Shown in pieces: positions 8,575 through 18,100 of a DNA stretch of 64,000 bases. The notes below the pieces were generated by a model. That model was given only the letters and a program-made list of their open reading frames with translations, had not been told where the DNA came from and did not search any database. The position numbers were made by a program, and so were the translations under genes. Location of the stretch: the IMG/VR virus record IMGVR_UViG_3300045988_176633; one strand, given 5' to 3'. This DNA is from a virus. The stretch's first letter is position 1, and each line of letters starts with the position of its first letter.

Positions 8575-11366
8575 ATCGTGTTTATTTGAACCGTTATATG
8601 ACTATCTTCACGAAGACTATTAATCGCTATGAATGAGCTCATACAAATATCGTCATGAGCACCAACAGCTTCTAATTTACCTCTGTCACTTCTAAAAGTA
8701 ATAGAAGAGAATTCACCAAAAACAATCTTCACCATATCTCTTGTTGGTCCTACTGCATATGGTATTTTTATTTGACCTCTTTCAAACATTGCCGAAAGAC
8801 TTGGTAAACCAGTATGAAGATCCTTCTTATTGCCTTCTGTTGTTGTAAAGGTCTCAATGTTTTTCAAACCTCTTTCCCTTGCTAGTCCACTTAAAATACT
8901 TTGAAAACCATTAGCTTCACATACAATTTTATTGGGTTTGAATAAAGTATTAAATAATACAATTTTATCAACTTGCTCATTGTGACTCATTCCTTTCTGT
9001 CTATGGATCGCTATCAAATAATAATTATCCATAAAATCGATCCCCCATACTGTGTAAACTGTATAGTCTGCACCGATATTACCAGAAACTGCAAAATCAC
9101 AACCAACAACAACCCTTTGTAATTTAAATGGAAAGTAATCAATGGTATCTGCAAAAGAAATATTTTCCATCCCAACTGTCGATCTCATTAAAAACTCATA
9201 AGGGAAAATGGTACTACTATCTGCAATAGGAACTACTAAGTATTCACGACTAAATACCATTGTACCTAACTCATCTTTTTTCTGAATAATATCATCAAAA
9301 GTATATCTATCTGGAGCAAGAGGACGTCCATCTGGAAATATTATCGGATACTCAAAGACTGCAAAACGTTTATCAGCTTTAATAATATTATAAAGTTCAT
9401 TAGGAGCAGTTGAATATGGTGTACCAGAAATCAAGAAATACCCATAAGGTTCAACAATGGGACTGATTGTCCCTCGAAAAGTTTCTTTTAATTTTTCTCT
9501 CTGTTCATCACTATAAATAGAACTTTCATCTGGCATATCATCAACTATAGCTGCACCAACATGTAAACCACGAATCATAGAATCTTTACCACGAACATGT
9601 AATATTCCTCCGTTTTCAGTTTCAATCATCGTCTCTCCTAATTTCGCTTTTTTATTAGGATTAAGTTTGTTACTTAAAATTGGATTTGTCTCTATTTCTT
9701 CAATGATTTTCCCAACGTGAACCTTAGCAAGAGTTATCATATTAGTAATCAGAGCGGTTTCCTTTCGATTCTTATTATCAATCGTATCACCAGCATAAAA
9801 AATTGGTTTTGTATAACTATATAATCTCCATAATGGGAATGCGTAAGCAAACTCATAACTATTATGAACAACAGTCCCATCTGATAATAAAAATTTATGA
9901 TCTCCATCTAAAGAAAAACCATAATAATCACCTTTGCCAACTGGAGTTATTGATAAACTACTTCTACTAAAATCTTGAATTTTCTCAATCTTTAGACATT
10001 TCTTTCTTTCGATCTTAGTAGGAATCGTGTCGATATCTCCAGAAATATTACATTGATATTGGATATTACCTTTTAAATCATATTTTTTACCATTTGTTTT
10101 TAATGTTGTACTAACAACTCTTTTTCTAACTGAAACACATCTAAATCCTAAAGATAAAGCTAATTGTCTAACATCATTTATTAATCGCTCATTTGAATTC
10201 GCAAAAATAAATGACTTTCCTCCATTTTTCTTAGTCTTCTCTAAAGAACCGTCTGTATCGATAAGACCTGCTAACAATTGAAGTCTCTGTTGTCGAGAAC
10301 TTCTCATATAAATATCTGGAATATGTTTATTTCTAAGAACATTTAACTTTTCGAGATTTTCATTAAGAAAATTTCTTTTTGATCCAGGAATATTTACAAT
10401 ACATGAATATAATTCTTTTTGATGAAAAGAACAAAATCTTCTTTTGTGAATCCCTCCCAATCTATCAGCATACTGATCCAAATAAAGACAAATCTCTGGA
10501 TCAATTGTAGTTATAACTTGATTATGAGAATTTCCATCACCTAACCATAATCCTAAAAAATAAGGTTCTATAGAAAGAGATTTTTCAGGAAGATCCCAAC
10601 CCTTAACTCTATATCCATAGATCTTTTTATATCTATATAACCATCTTTGAGGAATTTTTTCAACTGGAATCTCCTCTTTACAAATTTCTCTTCCTATATA
10701 TTTTTTACCTTTCGAACCATGATCAATATATTTTTCTTTATCCCATTGAATACAAACCAAATGACCCTCATTTACACAATAATCCTTTGCATAAGTCTGA
10801 TGAATTTTATACATAGGTGCTTTACCTCTATGCAATTGAAGAACTTTCCTTGGTGTTGAATCTGGTCCCATAACTAAATCACCGACTTTGACGTCTTGAA
10901 CTTTCTTTAGAGATCCATCATACATAACCACTAACTCATTGAGACTCATACATTTCCCAGAACCGCGACTACAAAGATAACTAGACCAAGGAAATAATTG
11001 AGTTAAATTCCCCCATTCTAAATTTCTCCATCCCATCATAAAATTAGATAAGACAGTCGCACAAAAATAATTGAAAGACAATATTCTCAATCTCTCATCC
11101 ATAGCTGCAGCTAGATTGTCAATGTACGAAAGATTTTCAGTATCTAACGATCTACCGAAATTCATTGCCATATCAGTTTGATTAACAATCTCTGTTAGAA
11201 GTTTATCTATGTCCTCAGAATAACCTTCTAACAATTGATTGATCGAATGTGCAGGCAATCTTTCAATTATATCGTTTGCCGCAGAATATAACCTCCTGTT
11301 TTGTAAGAGTGTAAATTTGCTAGCTGGTTTATCTTGTTCAGTCCAATCTTGTTGTTTGATTATCAT
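8571..11366 (-). CDS. terL: terminase large subunit interrupted by an intein
   Basis: Walker A is reconstituted as SRGSGK|S across the intein. Walker-B-like AAIVDDMPDE. RNaseH-like nuclease start VVGCDFAVSGNIGADYTVYTVWG. The extein totals 567 aa. Confidence 0.85.
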   Translation of the reverse strand: MIIKQQDWTEQDKPASKFTLLQNRRLYSAANDIIERLPAHSINQLLEGYSEDIDKLLTEIVNQTDMAMNFGRSLDTENLSYIDNLAAAMDERLRILSFNYFCATVLSNFMMGWRNLEWGNLTQLFPWSSYLCSRGSGKCMSLNELVVMYDGSLKKVQDVKVGDLVMGPDSTPRKVLQLHRGKAPMYKIHQTYAKDYCVNEGHLVCIQWDKEKYIDHGSKGKKYIGREICKEEIPVEKIPQRWLYRYKKIYGYRVKGWDLPEKSLSIEPYFLGLWLGDGNSHNQVITTIDPEICLYLDQYADRLGGIHKRRFCSFHQKELYSCIVNIPGSKRNFLNENLEKLNVLRNKHIPDIYMRSSRQQRLQLLAGLIDTDGSLEKTKKNGGKSFIFANSNERLINDVRQLALSLGFRCVSVRKRVVSTTLKTNGKKYDLKGNIQYQCNISGDIDTIPTKIERKKCLKIEKIQDFSRSSLSITPVGKGDYYGFSLDGDHKFLLSDGTVVHNSYEFAYAFPLWRLYSYTKPIFYAGDTIDNKNRKETALITNMITLAKVHVGKIIEEIETNPILSNKLNPNKKAKLGETMIETENGGILHVRGKDSMIRGLHVGAAIVDDMPDESSIYSDEQREKLKETFRGTISPIVEPYGYFLISGTPYSTAPNELYNIIKADKRFAVFEYPIIFPDGRPLAPDRYTFDDIIQKKDELGTMVFSREYLVVPIADSSTIFPYEFLMRSTVGMENISFADTIDYFPFKLQRVVVGCDFAVSGNIGADYTVYTVWGIDFMDNYYLIAIHRQKGMSHNEQVDKIVLFNTLFKPNKIVCEANGFQSILSGLARERGLKNIETFTTTEGNKKDLHTGLPSLSAMFERGQIKIPYAVGPTRDMVKIVFGEFSSITFRSDRGKLEAVGAHDDICMSSFIAINSLREDSHITVQINTI
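9861..10952 (-). mobile_element. intein with LAGLIDADG homing endonuclease (TerL residues C139-N502)
   Basis: Starts with Cys (TGT at 10952..10950) directly after GSGK. Hint N-block is CMSLNELVVMYDGSLKKVQDVKVGDLVMG. LAGLIDADG blocks are YFLGLWLGDGN and LLAGLIDTDGS. Ends VVHN (AAT at 9863..9861) with Ser at +1. Confidence 0.85.
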
Positions 11367-12028
11367 AGTTGAAATTTTTCTCTAAATCTAGTGAATCCTG
11401 TTTCTTGCGGAGCATTTGTAATAGATGAGGAAGTATTTGTCCCTCTCAAGGATTTAACATATTCAATTAATAAGTAAGCATTTGCTTTAGTATCATCCAA
11501 AGCTCTATGTGCATTTACAAGATCAATGTTAGACAGTCCACAACAAGTATGTAACTTATAATCTTGTTGTTCTAATGCAGCCATATGAGCTATCTGCATA
11601 GTATCGAGTTGATACTTAACATATTTATCAAGATCGTCACCTAAATATTCGAACATGTTTTTAACAAAAGGAACGTCAAAACCAACGATATTATGCCCGG
11701 CAAGAGTACAGAGTTGTCTGGGATTTTTGTATTTTTTAAACAACTCTAACCATTTCTTATAAACTTCCTTTAATGAGACTCCTTTTGATTCTTGTATTTC
11801 TCTGGTAATACCGTGAACATCTGTGGCTTGTTGTTCATATGTTAAACCTTCCTTGTAATCAGGTTCCAAAATCAGAGAACATTCTTCACATACTTCTAAT
11901 TTCTCCATATCAATAACTACCATAGCGAATTCTACGATTGGTACATCGTAAAATGCTTTCTTGTCTTTAGAACACAACCCTCCGGTTTCGAGGTCAAAAA
12001 CAATAATATATTTACAACTCGTTTTCAT
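11363..12028 (-). CDS. DnaQ-like DEDDh 3'-5' exonuclease
   Basis: ExoI FDLETGGL, ExoII GHNIVGFDVPF, ExoIII HRALDDTKA. Confidence 0.8.
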   Translation of the reverse strand: MKTSCKYIIVFDLETGGLCSKDKKAFYDVPIVEFAMVVIDMEKLEVCEECSLILEPDYKEGLTYEQQATDVHGITREIQESKGVSLKEVYKKWLELFKKYKNPRQLCTLAGHNIVGFDVPFVKNMFEYLGDDLDKYVKYQLDTMQIAHMAALEQQDYKLHTCCGLSNIDLVNAHRALDDTKANAYLLIEYVKSLRGTNTSSSITNAPQETGFTRFREKFQL

Positions 12029-12239
12029 TATTTTGAATGTTATAAAGTTTTACACTACAATTTTGCTGTTCTACTTCAACAATTTTATTACCACCTAAAT
12101 ATTCTGGTAACTTACCTCGATTGATATAGCCTAATACATCTCTAGGATTGAATCTTTCGTTTGAATCTTTCTTTGAGAAATTATCATTTAAAAATTTTGT
12201 TATGCCTGTTAAATTGGCATTTTTTAATAAATACTTCAT
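12012..12239 (-). CDS. hypothetical small protein
   Basis: 75-aa ORF that overlaps both neighbours in operon style. Confidence 0.5.
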   Translation of the reverse strand: MKYLLKNANLTGITKFLNDNFSKKDSNERFNPRDVLGYINRGKLPEYLGGNKIVEVEQQNCSVKLYNIQNNENEL

Positions 12240-12667
12240 ACTTTCATTATCGTCTGAATCTTATCGAAATCTCTATCTCTTGCATCTACGTCATCATAGA
12301 TGATCCTTAAATTTTTAATAGGGTTGTCTTTGAGGTTGACCTCTTCTGGCATCTCATTAATATTAAGGATTGCAGCTCCATTACTATCCCAATCTTTACT
12401 ATAAGTCAATACATAATACTTTGGAAGAGTAATTACTTTATCACCACTTCCAAGTGTGATAAATTTACTTTTTGACTGTTCAAGATTTCTTTTGAAAAGG
12501 AATCTTTTCAAACATTCGTATCGAAATTCTTTAAAACTTTCTTCATCTTCTACTTCAATCAATGTCTTTAATTTAGAAGATATAAGACCTGTCGAAGGAT
12601 TATCTTCGATAATTTTAAGACACAAACTAAGAGCTTTTATCAAAACCAATCTATGTAACATAATCAC
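12236..12667 (-). CDS. hypothetical protein
   Basis: 143-aa ORF with 4-nt overlaps to both neighbours. Confidence 0.55.
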   Translation of the reverse strand: MIMLHRLVLIKALSLCLKIIEDNPSTGLISSKLKTLIEVEDEESFKEFRYECLKRFLFKRNLEQSKSKFITLGSGDKVITLPKYYVLTYSKDWDSNGAAILNINEMPEEVNLKDNPIKNLRIIYDDVDARDRDFDKIQTIMKV

Positions 12668-13002
12668 TCCCTTTCGTTAAAATCTTCGAACTTGTGACAA
12701 GCTGAACAAAGAAGTCTAATATTGTTTTTATCCATCTTCAATTCAGGATGAGCTCCACGAGACTTTATGTGAGAAAAGAAAATAGGCTTTGGATCGTTTC
12801 CAAGGTCTTTTCCACATTTGGTACATTTATGAGGTCTCTCATTCCATATTTCTTGAAATAAAGATTGAAGATCCCCTCTTCGCTCTCGTGTTACTTCTTT
12901 GTCACAATCTTTACACAACCACTTAATCCTATTGTAAATCAAATGATTTGTACCACATTTTACACATGGACGAACTTCTTCTTTAACCTTCTTTTTCCAC
13001 AT
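12664..13002 (-). CDS. small HNH endonuclease
   Basis: FSHIKSRGAHPELKMDKNNIRLLCSACH is an HNH core, flanked by CxxC pairs (CVKCG, CKDC, CTKCG). Confidence 0.7.
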   Translation of the reverse strand: MWKKKVKEEVRPCVKCGTNHLIYNRIKWLCKDCDKEVTRERRGDLQSLFQEIWNERPHKCTKCGKDLGNDPKPIFFSHIKSRGAHPELKMDKNNIRLLCSACHKFEDFNERE

Positions 13003-13156
13003 ATTTATGATATTCTCTCATTGCTGATAATATACCTTGATACACTTCTTCATCAAATAGAACGTTGTCTATCCGATCTTTGTTATAGTTCAATGATTTT
13101 GAAATTTCGTTCCACAAAATCATTTCTTCTTCAGTTTTATACCTTTTCTTTTCCAT
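12983..13156 (-). CDS. hypothetical small protein (57 aa, below the ORF-track threshold)
   Basis: Hand translation gives MEKKRYKTEEEMILWNEISKSLNYNKDRIDNVLFDEEVYQGILSAMREYHKYVEKEG. The ATG lies 3 nt after the upstream stop. It fills an otherwise empty 156-nt gap. Confidence 0.4.
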   Translation of the reverse strand: MEKKRYKTEEEMILWNEISKSLNYNKDRIDNVLFDEEVYQGILSAMREYHKYVEKEG

Positions 13157-13158
13157 AA

Positions 13159-13647
13159 TCATTCTGTTTTACATACATAAAAATATTTACAACTCTTACA
13201 TTTGATCTCATTAAAAAGACTACCAAACGACAAACATCTTATGTAACCTCTAGGAGAAGAAAAATCTTTTCGTCGTTGTTCGTCAAAATATCTTTCGCTT
13301 ATTTTTATCGACTCGTCTTTAATAGGTGATCTCAATTTATAAGATTGAACAAACTTTGAAGTCATGTATTGTTGTTCTATAGTTCGTTCATCCCATCGTT
13401 TCAAAGCGTTCTTACCTATTATATGATTTAATGGTATAACAGGAAACCTTGTTCCTGTAATCACTTTAAAACTGAATTGAAACAACAAATATTCCCATAA
13501 ATCAATACTAAAACTTTCTATCTTATCCAGAAAAGACGAAAGAGTTGGTTCTTGTCTCTTATTGATTTTCAGACGAAAACTTGGGTTATTCAAGACCCTG
13601 CCTTGAATATACTCATATAACTCAATAAACTTTTCTTCTAACGACAT
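13159..13647 (-). CDS. hypothetical protein
   Basis: 162-aa ORF with a Cys-rich C-terminus (CKSCKYFYVC). Confidence 0.55.
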   Translation of the reverse strand: MSLEEKFIELYEYIQGRVLNNPSFRLKINKRQEPTLSSFLDKIESFSIDLWEYLLFQFSFKVITGTRFPVIPLNHIIGKNALKRWDERTIEQQYMTSKFVQSYKLRSPIKDESIKISERYFDEQRRKDFSSPRGYIRCLSFGSLFNEIKCKSCKYFYVCKTE

Positions 13648-13676
13648 ACAATGTTTGTATCTTTAACTTTAAAAGT

Positions 13677-13699
13677 AAAGGATGAACAACTCATCCTTT
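13677..13699 (-). terminator. terminator-like hairpin
   Basis: AAAGGATGA / TCATCCTTT form a 9-bp stem with a 5-nt loop, followed on the minus strand by ACTTTTAAAG. Lies 28 nt after the stop at 13728. Confidence 0.55.
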
Positions 13700-13727
13700 C
13701 ACCTTGTAAATATACAAAAATTAACTA

Positions 13728-14288
13728 CTATTCCCAACTAATTTGAAAAGCAATGGACTCTTCTGTTGCCTTTTCTATAGGTTTGTACCTGTTTTCAGTT
13801 GCAGTATCTTTTTCAGCGACATTATTATAATCTTCTATCACAGTCTTCTTATCGATAGATCGACACAGCCATAAACCTATTTCTTGATCAATCTCCATAT
13901 CCCCAATAGTAGCTTTGTCAAGTTCAGTCGCTTGATGAAATTCAGCGTAAAAAGGTTTACTGAAAATATCTGGGATCATTTCGAAGAAAGATTGTCCTTC
14001 ATTATTCTTATCAGTCTGAACAGCAGCTAATTGAAAAGAACCATAACTACCCTCTGGTGTTTCAAACCAGAGTTGAACATTTTTAACCTCAACTCCCAAT
14101 TCATTTTTCAAAATCAAACCAATATATTGAGTTTTACCTTTTACAAGAGAAAGAAGGCTCAATTCATCAAAAACATTGTTATCCTGATCATTGGGTACAG
14201 GAGTCGAAGATTTGAAACCACCTAGTGAATTGACTAATTTTGATTGTGGATCGTTGTATCCAGAAGATACTGTATAATATAATCTCAT
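13728..14288 (-). CDS. hypothetical protein (fibre-associated by position)
   Basis: The track ORF is 13728..14321. An internal ATG at 14288 forms a TAATG overlap with the upstream stop and is the more likely start. Confidence 0.55.
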   Translation of the reverse strand: MRLYYTVSSGYNDPQSKLVNSLGGFKSSTPVPNDQDNNVFDELSLLSLVKGKTQYIGLILKNELGVEVKNVQLWFETPEGSYGSFQLAAVQTDKNNEGQSFFEMIPDIFSKPFYAEFHQATELDKATIGDMEIDQEIGLWLCRSIDKKTVIEDYNNVAEKDTATENRYKPIEKATEESIAFQISWE

Positions 14289-15118
14289 TATTTTGTTGCT
14301 TTTAAATTTCCTAAAGCCCAATACTCACTCTTGACCGTATTATCAATGGTAAATGTACCGTTTGTATTTTTAATACGAGCAATATAAAATTCATTATTTC
14401 CTTTTTCGGGAGGGGTTTCTACAGAAGTTTCTTGAACTAAAGAAATCTCATAATAATCGTAAATGTAAAGACCTTCTCTCTGAGATTGTGAAAATACACC
14501 ACCAATAGGAAGAGTTCCTAATACAATCGGTCTTAAATTTGATTCTGCGACAAAAGTTGTATTAGAAGTTAATACTAAATTTTGATTATCGATTACATTG
14601 ACGACTTGATAAATACCGTTATTCAATGGTATAGAACCATCGTCTTTTATGAAACGGATACAAGTAGGGGTACTCGTTGATTGACCTCTTACTTTGCCAG
14701 AAAAATCTGCAGTACCAGAAACTACACCTTTAGTGTTAACTGAAACAATACCGAGTTCATAATTTCTAGTTGCGTACGCAATTTTCACCCAATAGAATAA
14801 GCTATCGTTAGGAACTTGGATATTATCTTCTACATTGATCTTTATAAACTGTCCTAAACTATTGATCGCCATTCCTGGCAAAACCTTGATACTATTTGCA
14901 ACAGAACCTTGTTGTACGATAAAAGGATCATTATATTCTACTCCATCAGGAGCAGTTCCACTACCATTGGCTTTAGCTGGATTGTTGGTGATGATACCAA
15001 AACTAAATGTTGCTTGTAACAATGCTTGAAAAAGCATTTCACTTGCAAAGAAAGATTGGAAATTAACCAATTCTTCTTTCTCTAAGAACATGTTTCTATT
15101 AATATTTAATTGACTCAT
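14288..15118 (-). CDS. hypothetical protein (fibre-associated by position)
   Basis: 276-aa ORF immediately downstream of the 1577-aa fibre gene. Confidence 0.55.
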   Translation of the reverse strand: MSQLNINRNMFLEKEELVNFQSFFASEMLFQALLQATFSFGIITNNPAKANGSGTAPDGVEYNDPFIVQQGSVANSIKVLPGMAINSLGQFIKINVEDNIQVPNDSLFYWVKIAYATRNYELGIVSVNTKGVVSGTADFSGKVRGQSTSTPTCIRFIKDDGSIPLNNGIYQVVNVIDNQNLVLTSNTTFVAESNLRPIVLGTLPIGGVFSQSQREGLYIYDYYEISLVQETSVETPPEKGNNEFYIARIKNTNGTFTIDNTVKSEYWALGNLKATK

Positions 15119-15131
15119 ATATATTAAAAAT

Positions 15132-18100
15132 TTATTTCCAACCTGACGGAATCAAATTTGAATAAGATATCTTTGAACATCCTTTGAAAGTTTGATAATG
15201 TGATGCTGACGAAGGAGCTAAATCCCAAAGCCAACCCAGTGTAATTGGTTTAGATTCTGCAATAATAGGCATAGATTGTAATTCACTACAATTCAAGAAA
15301 GCATAATTCCAGTTAGTAACTGTAGAAGCTATATTTTGCGATATAACAATCACTTGTAGCGAGTTATAAGTTGAATCACCAACTCTTATACAACCATTCA
15401 AAAATTCTGACATATTCTGTAAAGAAGTGCAACCGTTAAATGTACCATGAGAAGACTCAGCTCCTCCATCTGGAGCCCATTCTGTTAAATTAGTACAATT
15501 CTTGAAACAAGAAGCTACTGAAACCAATCGAGATTGACCAGCAAAAAATCTTGGTGGAATTCTTTGTACACCAGAACCTTCAAAAGCTCTTGCCCAAGTA
15601 GTCACATTTCCATTCTCAATCTTACATCCAGAAATATCTGTCAATGATTTACAATCAATGAAAGACCAACTGAAACTAGAAGCACTAGTGGGGAAGCAAT
15701 CTGAACCTATACTACTCAGTAATATGCAACTATGAGCTAATACATTGAAATTAGTAGCTCTTGTGCAATTCCTGAAACATCTAGCTGGAATACTTCTCAA
15801 ATTGGTACAAGAAGAAACTAATCCTTCGAAAGTAGTTGCGTATACACAACTATCAAATAAACCAGAAGGAATCGAAGAAATTCCACTGTTTGCAAACGTG
15901 TAATAAAACGATTCTGCATTTCGTGGGAAAATAGAACTTCCAACACTTGAAAGCGAACTACAACCATTGAAAGCTGACTCAAAATCAGTACCATTTCTAA
16001 AAGGACTACCTGATACACTCGAAAGCGATTTACAATCTCTGAATACACTAGCGAACAATGTAAGATTACTTCCGAATAAGTCCAAAGGCACACTTGTTAT
16101 TCCAGAACCTCTAAAACAATTACTAGCATCACTTCCTGATACATTTAATAAAAGTCCAGAAGGAATACTTCTTAGAGCTGTACAATTCCTAAACCAACTC
16201 TCTATTGATCCACTAATATTTGGTGAACCAGACGCTAAACTTGATAAACTTGTACAACCATTAAATACACTTGTTCCATTTATTGGAAAATATCCTGGCC
16301 ATTGTGTAACAGCTAAGACGCTTGTATTATTCTGACAATTAAAATTCAACGTACTAGGGTTGGTCCTAGATCCTCCTACTATCTTCAACTCATTACCAGA
16401 CCATTCGTAATCAACTGAAGATCCAAAGCTCGGGAGTCTTTGACTGCTCATCCGAAGGATCAATGCCTTGTAAAGTGCGACAACAAGACCTGTTGTATTG
16501 ATAGCTATCCGTCTGGTTGTTATTGGTAAGCAACCAGATTCTTCTACCTTCAGAAGGACATACGCCGAATATGGAGCGTTTATAACGTATTTCCCTTGAT
16601 AATCAGAAGATCCATTGCCACTACTAACTACCACGTTAGAATCCGCAGATTCATATACTGTATATGATATATTGACTCCAGATGCGTTTGAACCATCAAT
16701 TAAAGTCGTCACTGTAAATTCTCGTAACGAATAAGTCAATGAAACTTGTTGATTAGCATCATTATTCGAAACTTGAACAGTGCCTTCTTTATCATAGTAA
16801 CCTACAGCTTGTATCGTCCAATTATATAAACCATTTCTCTTATCTGGAAACGTCACTTTTCCACTAGTATCTGTAGTCTTTGTATCACCGTCTAATACTA
16901 TTGTTGCATTAGGGACAGCATTACCATTAGTATTTGTAACTGTAAAATTAATATTATATGTCTTGTTCGTCAATAATACATTGATTGTTTGAGGTGTATC
17001 TGTAATCGACACTTCACCTGAAACAGAAGTATATTCTGGACGCTTAGAAACTTCGTAATCATACGAGTCAATTGGGAGGGTGTATTTTGCCTTACCTTGA
17101 CTATTTGTAATTCTGGTAATATTATTACAAACAACAGTCGCAGCTTCCACTGGTTTCCCTAAATCATCGACAACCATGAAAGTTACTTGACCATTTCGTC
17201 TAACCAAATTTATATCAAACACATAAGGAGCACTGTTCACGACAAATTGTCCTTGTTGTGAAGCATAAATCGTTTTCTTCGCCGTCCAATTATAGGAACC
17301 ATTAGGTAGTTCAGTCGATACTTTTCCTTGGCTATCTGATTCCCCAGAATAAGATCCTAAAGTAACAGTTGCGCCAACTGAAATTTGACCTTCTTCTCTT
17401 ACAGTTGCAGTCACTTGATACATCTTTTGTGACATTGTTATATTGACCGTTTCTGGACCTCCATTTACACCAAATAAATCTGTAATAGTGTGATATTCGT
17501 TTAATGTCGCTGTATAATTAAAAGATCCATCAGGTAAATTGATAGTTGCTTGTCCCTGTGCGTTTGTAGTTATAATAGGATTGTTTTCCACCTGAATAGA
17601 AACACCAGAAAGTTTTTTATTATTATCGTCTTGTACTACAAAAGTAACAACATAAACTTTTTGGTTCATTCTAATTTCAATATCAGAATCCTCATCAACA
17701 GAAATTGTATTTTTATAATCATTGTAACCAGCTTTCGTCGCTGTTAAAGAATACGATCCAGCTTTAACAATGAAACTCACTTGACCACTTGAATCAGATA
17801 TTTTAGTTGAACCGGCAAAAGTTACTGAAACACCTGTCAACAATGAAACTACCCCTTGATAATTAACACCTCTTGTTGTAAATGTCACATTATAAGTAGG
17901 AACTGGATTCATTGTTATATTTTGAGTCACTGGGGCATTAGTTACAGTCACAGATCCTGTAACTGGCAACCAATCAATTTTTTCAATTCGATAATTGAAA
18001 GTACCTACTAAAACATCTTTAAAAACAGCTTGTCCTTGTTCATTGGTATCAATATATGTATTGTTAAAATTAATTCTAGCTCCTTGAATAGGATTTGAAG

